A stretch of 41,318 nt of DNA from the sequence record LN881738.1; one strand, 5' to 3'. The DNA is from Clostridium phage slur17. Under the pieces are notes generated by a model. The model was not told where the DNA came from. It saw only the letters and a list, made by a program, of their open reading frames with translations, and did no database searches. Made by a program: the position numbers and the translations under genes. Shown piece after piece: positions 26,911-33,886 of this stretch (the first letter of the stretch is position 1; each line of letters starts with the position of its first letter).

Positions 26911-27264
26911 ATGAATACTAGAATTAGAGACTTGCGAATTGCAGAGGGGCTATCTCAAATCGAATTTGGGAACAAGCTAGGAATGACTAGACACGAAATT
27001 TACAATCTTGAAAGTGGAAGAACACGAATAAAAGAAAGTGATTTAAAATTAATAACTTCAACATTTAAGGTAAACGAAAAATGGCTAAAAACAGGCGAAG
27101 GCGATATGTATACTTTTTCAAACAATAACTTAATAACAGCAGAAGTCTTATGCGCAATAGATAAGAATGAACGTCTTGCTAAAGCAATGTTAAAATTTAG
27201 CAAGTTAAATGACAAAGAATTAGAGGCAATGGAAAAGCTACTAGAATTATTTCAAAAAGAATAA
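26911..27264 (+). CDS. cI-like XRE-family repressor
   Basis: IRDLRIAEGLSQIEFGNKLGMTRHEIYNLESGRTRI is a classic XRE HTH, and the gene is divergent from the early operon. Confidence 0.85.
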   Translation: MNTRIRDLRIAEGLSQIEFGNKLGMTRHEIYNLESGRTRIKESDLKLITSTFKVNEKWLKTGEGDMYTFSNNNLITAEVLCAIDKNERLAKAMLKFSKLNDKELEAMEKLLELFQKE

Positions 27265-27308
27265 AAGGCTATCATCTTAAATTTGATAGTCTTTTCATAT
27301 GTACATAT

Positions 27309-27413
27309 TTATTTTTTAGTTTTTTGCTTTAAATACAGATAAATAATCTCTAATATATCCTTATCCCCTACTTTGTCCAACATTTCTTTTATTTCTTCTT
27401 TCAACCAAATCAT
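27309..27413 (-). CDS. Possible 34-aa protein
   Basis: MIWLKEEIKEMLDKVGDKDILEIIYLYLKQKTKK lies downstream of a consensus promoter. The SD-like AGGGGG directly abuts the ATG, so translation is uncertain. Confidence 0.35.
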   Translation of the reverse strand: MIWLKEEIKEMLDKVGDKDILEIIYLYLKQKTKK

Positions 27414-27476
27414 CCCCCTATATGCAAGTAGAATAATACATTCTTAAAATTTGTAAAAAAATAACTTACAATTTTA

Positions 27477-27505
27477 ATTATACCCCCTTTTGTTCGATAT
27501 TACAA
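27477..27505 (-). promoter_or_regulatory. Consensus-like promoter, TTGTAA-17-TATAAT
   Basis: The -10 is the reverse complement of 27477-27482 and the -35 is the reverse complement of 27500-27505, with a 17-nt spacer. Confidence 0.55.
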
Positions 27506-27694
27506 GAGCACATGTACGATTTTTTGTCGCAATTAAACATTTATACTACAATAATAGTACCTTTTATCAAATTTTGCTAGTGGAAAATAATTCCAATTCA
27601 AAATACATTGAATTTTCTTACATTAGGAAAGTTCAGGGTCAATTTTTTTAACCTTGCGATTTTCCATTTGGTATAAGTTTTATATTTTCACATC

Positions 27695-27760
27695 AAAAAG
27701 TCACGCAAGTAGGAATATATATATATATATATATATTAAATCCTACTTGCGTGACTTTTT
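27695..27760. terminator. Palindrome A: 15-bp stem around an (AT)n loop with A/T-run flanks (probable bidirectional terminator)
   Basis: gtcacgcaagtagga (27700-27714) pairs with tcctacttgcgtgac (27741-27755). The loop is (AT)11 followed by taaa. Confidence 0.6.
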
Positions 27761-27764
27761 GTTC

Positions 27765-27908
27765 TTAGATGCAAATTTCTAGTTGCTCTACTAACTCTAT
27801 TTCTTTTTCAATTTTAAATCCTATGTCAAATTCATTGTTTAAAAATGCCTTTTCAATTTCATCTAATTTACTCAATAACCTCTGTTTTCTAGTTTTTATA
27901 GCATTTCT
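27765..27908 (-). pseudogene. ORF remnant ending ...EIELVEQLEICI* with no canonical start
   Basis: 47-codon open frame with no ATG or GTG; the only TTG has an SD just 3 nt away. Its 3' end is homologous to the 21-codon mini-ORF at 28020-28085. Confidence 0.3.
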
Positions 27909-27957
27909 TTAAATATTGTATGCTAATTATGTTTATTTTAATTGATGACTCATTATC

Positions 27958-28015
27958 AAAAAGTCAGTCGACCTGGAATATATATATATATATATTCCAG
28001 GTCGACTGACTTTTT
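27958..28015. terminator. Palindrome B: 16-bp stem around a (TA)8 loop. Same flanks as palindrome A but a different stem sequence
   Basis: gtcagtcgacctggaa pairs with ttccaggtcgactgac in a perfect palindrome. Left flank atcaaaaagtca and right flank tgactttttgtt.ttagatgcaaatttcta are shared with A. Confidence 0.6.
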
Positions 28016-28077
28016 GTTTTTAGATGCAAATTTCTAATTGTTCTTTTGATTCTGTTTCTTTTTGATTAAATACAATT

Positions 28078-28425
28078 TTAATCAACTACAATTAATTCTG
28101 CCCCAGCTGGTAAATTAATTTTTATAAGTTCTAGTAAAAGTTGTTTTGAAAGCTCCTCCCTTAAATCCTGTTCTTGATATTGAAGTTCAAAAAAGTACTT
28201 ATCAACTTCTTCATCATAATAAAAATTATACTCATGATATGCCGAATTTTCTTCTAACAATTCTCTGTATCCAAGATTAATGCCTATAGGTATAAATTTA
28301 TCTTTATTTTTTATATCTTTTATGAAATTATCATAGTCATTAAAAGCTCGTATTAAAAGCTCTGAAAACTCATAACTCACACTCACTATATATTTATTTT
28401 TAACTTTAATATCTAATTCAAACAT
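28078..28425 (-). CDS. Hypothetical acidic protein (115 aa), co-operonic with the helicase
   Basis: AAGGAG SD. Lies 46 nt downstream of the helicase stop. No motif recognised. Confidence 0.6.
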   Translation of the reverse strand: MFELDIKVKNKYIVSVSYEFSELLIRAFNDYDNFIKDIKNKDKFIPIGINLGYRELLEENSAYHEYNFYYDEEVDKYFFELQYQEQDLREELSKQLLLELIKINLPAGAELIVVD

Positions 28426-28471
28426 CCTTTTTATCTCCTTATGTAAATATTTTTGAAATTTATTTTTGTCT

Positions 28472-30637
28472 CTACATAAAACCTTTTAATAACAATAGTT
28501 TTTCATCTTCATCTAAAGAGTTCAACATCCTGTCTTTTGTATATTTTATAGCATTTTCTAAACTCTTATCTTTTTCGTCTAATTCTAAATCTTTTTTTAT
28601 GTCATCTACAGTTATATATCTTTTTATATTATTAAGTTGTATTCGTTTTTTTTCAAACTGGCATGATATAGGATTTATATTTTTATAAAAAAACATAGTT
28701 TCTATATCATGCCAGTTACTATATTTTTTCTTTTCTATAATAAAAATTCCATTCAGTGTAACGCTTAGCTTTTTAGTTGTTAAATCCCAGTTTTCCCCTA
28801 AAATTGTTCTTAAGTCGTTACTTAACTCTTGTAAATGCAATTCTTTATAAGATGTTCCAATTCCAAACAATTTATCTATATAATTAAATACTGTAACTTG
28901 AATAAGTTCATCATTTAAAAACTCTGGATATTCCTCTTTTAATTCTCTATATATTAAAGTATTTATTTTATTAAATATTACCCCACGTCTTTTGTTTGCT
29001 GTATTCGCTAGTTTCCAAGCAAGGTCTAAGTCGAACTTATTATCTAGTACATAATTAGAATATAGTTCTAACATGCTATTACTTTTACTTTTCTTTACCA
29101 AATTATGTATGTCATACGCTCTGTAAGCCTCTAAGCACCCTTTTGAACTTAGTTTCATATCATTATGATACTGCATTAGTGAAAAGCTCTTAGAATCGCT
29201 TTTAATCTGTCTATAACCTACTAGAATTTCTTTATGTTCTTTTAAAATTTCTCTTGTTGCATCTTTAATTTCTTTTACAACTTTCTTGTACTCTTTTAAC
29301 TCTTTTTCATTTGTGCCAACTTCTTTAGCATCAGTTATATTAACATTTTCAAAATATTCTTCTAATAACACTTTAAAACTTTGAATTGTTCTTGTATTGT
29401 AATAGTTGCTGTAAACTTGACTTTTTATATATAATTTATCTACTTTATAGCAATTATCTTTTGTACAGTAGTACACATTTGAGTCTATGCGAATTGGCGT
29501 TGCATTTATTCCAACTGTTTCAAACTGTAACATGTGTTTAGATACTTTGTTATAAGCATCTTTTAAGATAGTTGCTTTTTCTATATTTTTGTTAACTAGC
29601 CATTCAATTTTGTATACATTGCACTCTTCTTCATATTTATTGAATATGTGTACATTTACTTTTTTTAAGTTTCTAAACCTTGCAACATACTGTTTTATAG
29701 CTCCAACATCTTTTATATTAACAATAATTATATCTGTGATATCTTTGTTGTTTATATTTACACCAGCTAGGATTGTTGTTGTATTTAAAAGCGTTTCATA
29801 GTCTTTCATGTCTGAATTTTTAACTATTCTATTGTACAATTCATTCTCTTCTTTTCCATCTGCATATACAACTCCAACTTTTTTGTTCACTGAATCTCTT
29901 ATAAATTCTAATGTTGATATATCATTCATCAACATGGCGCTGTTTTTAGATTTATTTATTATGTTAATCATTTCAGTAAAATTTTTATTGTCAAAGTCGT
30001 TGTACAATTTAACTTTATATTCTGTTTTTTGCTTTTGAGTGTACTCTATTATGTAGTCATATATTTCAAATTCAAGTTTTGTTGGTGTTGCTGTAATGTC
30101 TATTCTTCCTTTGCACTTAGACATTATATTATTTAGATTTTTTATTGCTTTTCCTCGATATGCATCTGTATAAGTTTGATGTATTTCATCAACTACAATT
30201 ATGTATTCACTTAAGTCTGTGTTTATAAGTTTTTCAGTTTTATCCCAAGTCATTACAACTAAGTTACCATTTTTAAATGCTTCGCTAACAGGTATTTTGT
30301 CATATGCTCCTGGTATATCATACTCGTGCATTGCCTGCTCCACATTTGAAGCATTTGGAAGTATGAATAACGCTTTTGTTTTTAATTTTTTTAATGTATT
30401 TATAAAGCTATAACTTTTTCCTGCTCCTGTCGGTGCAATAAACAGGGTTTTCCCGCCATTTATCGCGTTGGCTATAGCCGTTTTAATTCCTAGTTTTTTT
30501 TCGTTTATATATTTTTTTATTTCATATGTTTCATGTCTATTGAAATTTGAATAATTTTCTTTTTCATGCTCTGCTCTTTCAGCGCTACATTCTTCTAAAA
30601 ACATCTTATCTATATTATTTTTATTAACATTCTTCAT
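28472..30637 (-). CDS. Superfamily-2 DExH helicase (721 aa) with an uncharacterised ~370-aa C-terminal region
   Basis: Motif I APTGAGKS, Ia FILPNASNVEQ, II VVDEIHQ, III TATP, V TTILAGVNI, VI QYVARFRN. ATG at 30637 follows GGAGGG; the track start at 30658 is probably too long. Confidence 0.85.
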   Translation of the reverse strand: MKNVNKNNIDKMFLEECSAERAEHEKENYSNFNRHETYEIKKYINEKKLGIKTAIANAINGGKTLFIAPTGAGKSYSFINTLKKLKTKALFILPNASNVEQAMHEYDIPGAYDKIPVSEAFKNGNLVVMTWDKTEKLINTDLSEYIIVVDEIHQTYTDAYRGKAIKNLNNIMSKCKGRIDITATPTKLEFEIYDYIIEYTQKQKTEYKVKLYNDFDNKNFTEMINIINKSKNSAMLMNDISTLEFIRDSVNKKVGVVYADGKEENELYNRIVKNSDMKDYETLLNTTTILAGVNINNKDITDIIIVNIKDVGAIKQYVARFRNLKKVNVHIFNKYEEECNVYKIEWLVNKNIEKATILKDAYNKVSKHMLQFETVGINATPIRIDSNVYYCTKDNCYKVDKLYIKSQVYSNYYNTRTIQSFKVLLEEYFENVNITDAKEVGTNEKELKEYKKVVKEIKDATREILKEHKEILVGYRQIKSDSKSFSLMQYHNDMKLSSKGCLEAYRAYDIHNLVKKSKSNSMLELYSNYVLDNKFDLDLAWKLANTANKRRGVIFNKINTLIYRELKEEYPEFLNDELIQVTVFNYIDKLFGIGTSYKELHLQELSNDLRTILGENWDLTTKKLSVTLNGIFIIEKKKYSNWHDIETMFFYKNINPISCQFEKKRIQLNNIKRYITVDDIKKDLELDEKDKSLENAIKYTKDRMLNSLDEDEKLLLLKGFM

Positions 30638-30776
30638 CTTTATCCCTCCAATTTCCACCTGGAGGCTGACGCTCTTTTTTTGATTTTTTGTAATAATTTT
30701 ACTATTAAAATTACCTTAAAACCATTGTGTTTTTCTACACTTTGTCTTATAATATAAATATAAGTATAGAAAAACA

Positions 30777-30866
30777 AGGATATATTATCCTTAAGAGAGG
30801 TCTAACCTCCGGTGTAAGGAACATGGTTTGTTTGACGGCAAGTACATGTTCCTTGTTTATTTTTTT
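30777..30866 (+). ncRNA. Candidate ~90-nt structured RNA, antisense to the predicted helicase leader
   Basis: TTGTCT-17-TATAGA at 30742-30770. Hairpin aaggata/tatcctt at 30776-30792. Terminator aaggaacatg (30816-30825) pairs with catgttcctt (30845-30854), followed by GTTTATTTTTTT. Confidence 0.4.
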
Positions 30867-31006
30867 GTAGATTTTTTTAAACCAATTAAAAAAAAGTTTT
30901 CTGTTCGTTGTGATTATAATTATAGCACATTTAAATTATAAAAAAATATACTCTTTTTGAAAATAAATTATATTTTAAAAATATATTTTCTAAAATACTG
31001 CATTTT

Positions 31007-31040
31007 AAAAGACTTAGTATATAAACTAAGTCTTTTTTTA
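31007..31040 (+). terminator. 12-bp hairpin plus T-run
   Basis: aaaagacttagt pairs with actaagtctttt around the loop atataa, followed by TTTTA. Confidence 0.45.
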
Positions 31041-31156
31041 TGTAAATATATGTTATAATAATTTTAGCAAGAGAAAGCAATCTATATTCTAAAAAAAGAG
31101 TGGAGTCTATACACAAAAGATTATCCTCCCAACGCTACAAAGGGAGGTGATGAAGT

Positions 31157-31309
31157 ATGGATAATTTTTTACTTAATGTATTAGCTGGTGTTATAGCTAG
31201 TTTAATATTCTATATAATTAGCAAATTATTTAGACAAGTAAAAAACCACTCTGCGCAAAAGAGTGGTTGGGAATTTGATTTGAGAATCAAATTCAAAAAG
31301 TTTAAATAA
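31157..31309 (+). CDS. Type I toxin-like membrane peptide (50 aa)
   Basis: Below the track threshold. SD AAGGGAGGTG. Translation MDNFLLNVLAGVIASLIFYIISKLFRQVKNHSAQKSGWEFDLRIKFKKFK has a hydrophobic N-terminus and a Lys-rich tail. CCTCCC (31125-31130) can sequester the SD GGGAGG (31142-31147). Confidence 0.7.
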   Translation: MDNFLLNVLAGVIASLIFYIISKLFRQVKNHSAQKSGWEFDLRIKFKKFK

Positions 31310-31361
31310 TTTTTTATTTTAGACTAAAACTCTACTCTTATGACTAGAATACAGTTCTCTT
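31240..31361 (-). ncRNA. Candidate antitoxin sRNA, antisense to the toxin 3' end
   Basis: Minus-strand promoter TTGTAT-18-TGaTATAAT (reverse complement of 31368-31397). Terminator aaccactct/agagtggtt (31244-31268) plus a T-run on the minus strand. Confidence 0.55.
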
Positions 31362-31461
31362 GCTTTTATTATATCACATTTTCTTTAAAAGATACAACTT
31401 TACATCATTTTCAGTATTCTATTTTTTTTATTTTTATCAAAGTTTATTTTAAGAACGATAA

Positions 31462-31567
31462 AATTAAAAAACCACTCAAACGCCAATAAGAGTGGTTTAA
31501 GAAAATAAGTTATTTTTCAAAACATTGGAAATAGCTACTCTTGTGTAAAGTAAATCATTATTTCCTT
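31462..31567 (-). ncRNA. Second copy of the sRNA unit (same promoter and terminator architecture, no cognate toxin ORF seen)
   Basis: TTGTAT-19-TGaTATAAT (reverse complement of 31574-31604). Terminator aaaccactc/gagtggttt (31469-31498) plus a T-run. Confidence 0.45.
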
Positions 31568-31761
31568 GCTTTTATTATATCACATTTTTTAAAAAAAGAT
31601 ACAATTTTACATCATTTCTAATATACTAAAATCTTTACTTTTTACCAAAATTTGTTTAAAAAATAGGAGAAAACTATTGTTTTTGACGACCCGTCATGGT
31701 ATAATATATTTATAGAGAAGGAGGTGAGAAAGCAAAAAAATAAAAGAAAGGAGGAACGGGA

Positions 31762-31890
31762 ATGGGGAGATTAGAAAGAAGTAAAAAGAAAAGAGAAAAC
31801 AAATTTAACATAGTTAAAAAAGTTTTCTCCTTCATCCTATTATTACTTAACATAATCCTCGCAGTTCTAAGAATTTTGAAAGAACTGTAA
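31762..31890 (+). CDS. Small membrane peptide (42 aa)
   Basis: SD AAAGGAGG. Translation MGRLERSKKKRENKFNIVKKVFSFILLLLNIILAVLRILKEL. Upstream extended -10 TGgTATAAT at 31696-31704. An ~11-bp hairpin at 31898-31925 follows directly. Confidence 0.5.
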   Translation: MGRLERSKKKRENKFNIVKKVFSFILLLLNIILAVLRILKEL

Positions 31891-31964
31891 GGATAAGCCT
31901 AGAGGGAATAGCCCTTCTCTCTAGGTGACTTCTTTCTAATATTATAACACATTTCTAAAAAAAC

Positions 31965-32126
31965 ATGAGTGATAAATTTTATAAGATTTGCATTGTTTTA
32001 GTTTTGATAACTATAGTCTTAAATATAGTATCTATAGTATTAAACTCTAGTACAAGCAACATGCTCGGTTTAGTTTTTAGTGTTGTATTATTGCTTTTCT
32101 TTGTAATACAGCAAAAAAGGAGCTAA
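31965..32126 (+). CDS. Possible two-TM small protein (53 aa)
   Basis: MSDKFYKICIVLVLITIVLNIVSIVLNSSTSNMLGLVFSVVLLLFFVIQQKRS. There is no clear SD. It ends 3 nt before the AbrB-like gene. Confidence 0.35.
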   Translation: MSDKFYKICIVLVLITIVLNIVSIVLNSSTSNMLGLVFSVVLLLFFVIQQKRS

Positions 32127-32129
32127 TGA

Positions 32130-32312
32130 ATGGAAAAAGAAAAAAGAGATTTAAAGTTTAACTTTCACAAAGGTGGGAGTGGGTCGTTTACTCCTAGAAT
32201 GAGTGTTCCTAAAAAATGGGCTGATGAAATGGGCATAACAAGAGAAAACCCTAATGTTACGGCAACATTCGAGGGCGACAGGATAATAATTGAAAAGGCT
32301 AAGAATGAATGA
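32130..32312 (+). CDS. AbrB/MazE/SpoVT-type DNA-binding protein
   Basis: SFTPRMSVPKKWADEMGITRENPNVTATFEGDRIIIEK is a typical swapped-hairpin AbrB-like domain. Preceded by an AAGGAG SD. Confidence 0.75.
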   Translation: MEKEKRDLKFNFHKGGSGSFTPRMSVPKKWADEMGITRENPNVTATFEGDRIIIEKAKNE

Positions 32313-32322
32313 CTTTTTCTAT

Positions 32323-32360
32323 AAAAGAAGGTTGCTTTTTTTCTTAGCCTTCTTTTTTTT
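32323..32360 (+). terminator. Terminator after the AbrB-like gene
   Basis: agaagg (32326-32331) pairs with ccttct (32348-32353), followed by a T8 run. Confidence 0.5.
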
Positions 32361-32369
32361 AAATTTTAC

Positions 32370-32585
32370 TATAATATAAAAATATTACTGTAATATTATA
32401 AAAATATTATTTTAGTATTGTATATACAATATTTTAGTATTTTTAATATAATATATTGGTATTGTAAAAGCAATATGTAAATATTGTATTTATATTATTT
32501 GAATATTGTAATTAACAATATTAATATATTGTTGCAATATTATAAAAACAATACTACAATATTATTATAATATTATAAATATAAT
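32370..32585. repeat. Centromere-like cluster of ATATTG/CAATAT palindromes upstream of parA
   Basis: Examples: aatattacTgtaatatt, agtattgtataTacaatatt, aatattgtaattaacaatatt, atattgttgcaatat. Confidence 0.55.
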
Positions 32586-32600
32586 AATGAGGTGGAGAAA

Positions 32601-33410
32601 ATGGCTAATACAAAGCTACTTACGTACTTTAACATAAAAGGAGGTATCTATAAGACAACAACGTCTATAATGACAGCGTATGAACTTGCGAAAGATAAAG
32701 ATAAAAAAATACTCTTATGGGACTTAGATGTGCAAGCAAATCTAACACAATATGTTTATGAAATAAATCATAATGATAATACTACATTAGATATTTTAAA
32801 AGGGATTAGTGCTAATGATGCAATAGTCAAGTCACCTAATGAAAATTACATTAATGTAGACTTAATTCCTTCTGACATACAAATGGCTAGATTTGAACAA
32901 GAGCTATCACCTTTACCAGCCAGAGAAAAATTTTTAGCTCGCTGGTACATGCAAAACTTTAATACTTTGAGTGAGTATGATTATATTATCTGTGATTTAT
33001 CTCCACGCTACGATTTGACAGCTAAAAATGTGCTTTTCTTAGCAGATAGTATAATTATTCCAATTCAAGATAAAAACATTTCTTCTTTAAGAGGAGCAGA
33101 ATTATTTAAACAACTCTGGGATGTTGATAGAACCTATTTTGATAAGGAGGATAATATAAAAAGTACTATTTTAGTTGGATTTGAGAAGAAGAAAACTCAA
33201 ATTAGCGATACTTTCGATTCTTATCTGGAAGGGTTTAACGATATGAGAGATATTATGTTAGATACATACATTAGAAAAAATGAGTTTATAGAGAAGGCAC
33301 TATTAAAAAAACTATCTCTAACAGATTATACAAAAATAACTAAAGAGCATTTCAGCAGACAGGAATTTACTAATATGTTAGAAGAATTGAAAAGAAAAGG
33401 AGTGTTATAG
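32601..33410 (+). CDS. parA: ParA-family partition ATPase (deviant Walker A)
   Basis: KGGIYKTT Walker A, LLWDLDVQANLT, and the CDLSP motif. ATG at 32601 follows GAGGTGG. Confidence 0.85.
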   Translation: MANTKLLTYFNIKGGIYKTTTSIMTAYELAKDKDKKILLWDLDVQANLTQYVYEINHNDNTTLDILKGISANDAIVKSPNENYINVDLIPSDIQMARFEQELSPLPAREKFLARWYMQNFNTLSEYDYIICDLSPRYDLTAKNVLFLADSIIIPIQDKNISSLRGAELFKQLWDVDRTYFDKEDNIKSTILVGFEKKKTQISDTFDSYLEGFNDMRDIMLDTYIRKNEFIEKALLKKLSLTDYTKITKEHFSRQEFTNMLEELKRKGVL

Positions 33411-33743
33411 ATGCCAAGTTTCAACAGAGACCTTTTAGTTGATAAAGAAAAACCGATTTTGAAAAATGGAACAATCGTACAAAATGATTCTACAACTACA
33501 GACAATAAGACATTAAACATATATAATCTAGTTAATAAGAAAAGTAAAAAAGTGACTATGAGTGCAACGCTTGATGAGGAGCTTGTAAACAAATTAAAAT
33601 CTTTTTCTATTGATATGAACAGCGACGTTAGTAAATTATTAAGTGATATACTAACTCAAATTTTATCTGATGTCACTATAAAAGAAGAGAATTTAAATAT
33701 ATACAATGAGAGAAATAGAAGAAATAAGACTAAGAAAAAGTAA
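33411..33743 (+). CDS. Partition adaptor, probable ribbon-helix-helix centromere-binding protein (ParG/ParR-like role)
   Basis: TAGATG junction with parA. KKVTMSATLDEELVNKLKSFSIDMNSDVSKLLSDIL fits a beta-alpha-alpha RHH pattern. Confidence 0.6.
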   Translation: MPSFNRDLLVDKEKPILKNGTIVQNDSTTTDNKTLNIYNLVNKKSKKVTMSATLDEELVNKLKSFSIDMNSDVSKLLSDILTQILSDVTIKEENLNIYNERNRRNKTKKK

Positions 33744-33744
33744 A

Positions 33745-33860
33745 TAATATTATATTTATATTGTTTAGATATTACTTAAATATTGTATATATAATATTTA
33801 AGTAATATTTTAATATTATTATTACAATATATTAATATTGTTTAAATAATATGTTTTAAC
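33745..33860. repeat. Second centromere-like palindrome cluster downstream of the par genes
   Basis: 40-bp palindrome atattacttaaatattgtatatataatatttaagtaatat at about 33770-33809, plus acaatatattaatattgt. Confidence 0.5.
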
Positions 33861-33886
33861 TATAATCTAAAAAGGGGTTGGAAAAG

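Noticed and set aside
27715-27994. (AT)n/(TA)n tracts as free-standing microsatellites or a CRISPR-like feature
   Set aside because: Each tract is simply the loop of a long perfect palindrome. There is no regular repeat-spacer structure.
29589-30413. Three plus-strand 70-76-aa ORFs inside the helicase gene
   Set aside because: They are antisense shadows of an ORF that carries all the SF2 motifs.
30931-31116. 61-aa minus-strand ORF in the helicase/toxin intergenic region
   Set aside because: It lies in an AT-rich non-coding region and its peptide is hydrophobic and low-complexity. It spans a terminator hairpin and the toxin promoter, and has no SD.
32340-32590. Coding potential or an IS element in the AT-rich tract upstream of parA
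   Set aside because: No ORF of meaningful length and no terminal inverted repeats or transposase are present. The content is short palindromic iterons typical of a centromere or operator region.
33326-33592. 88-aa minus-strand ORF over the parA/parB junction
   Set aside because: It is antisense to the tightly coupled par genes, and the peptide is low-complexity.
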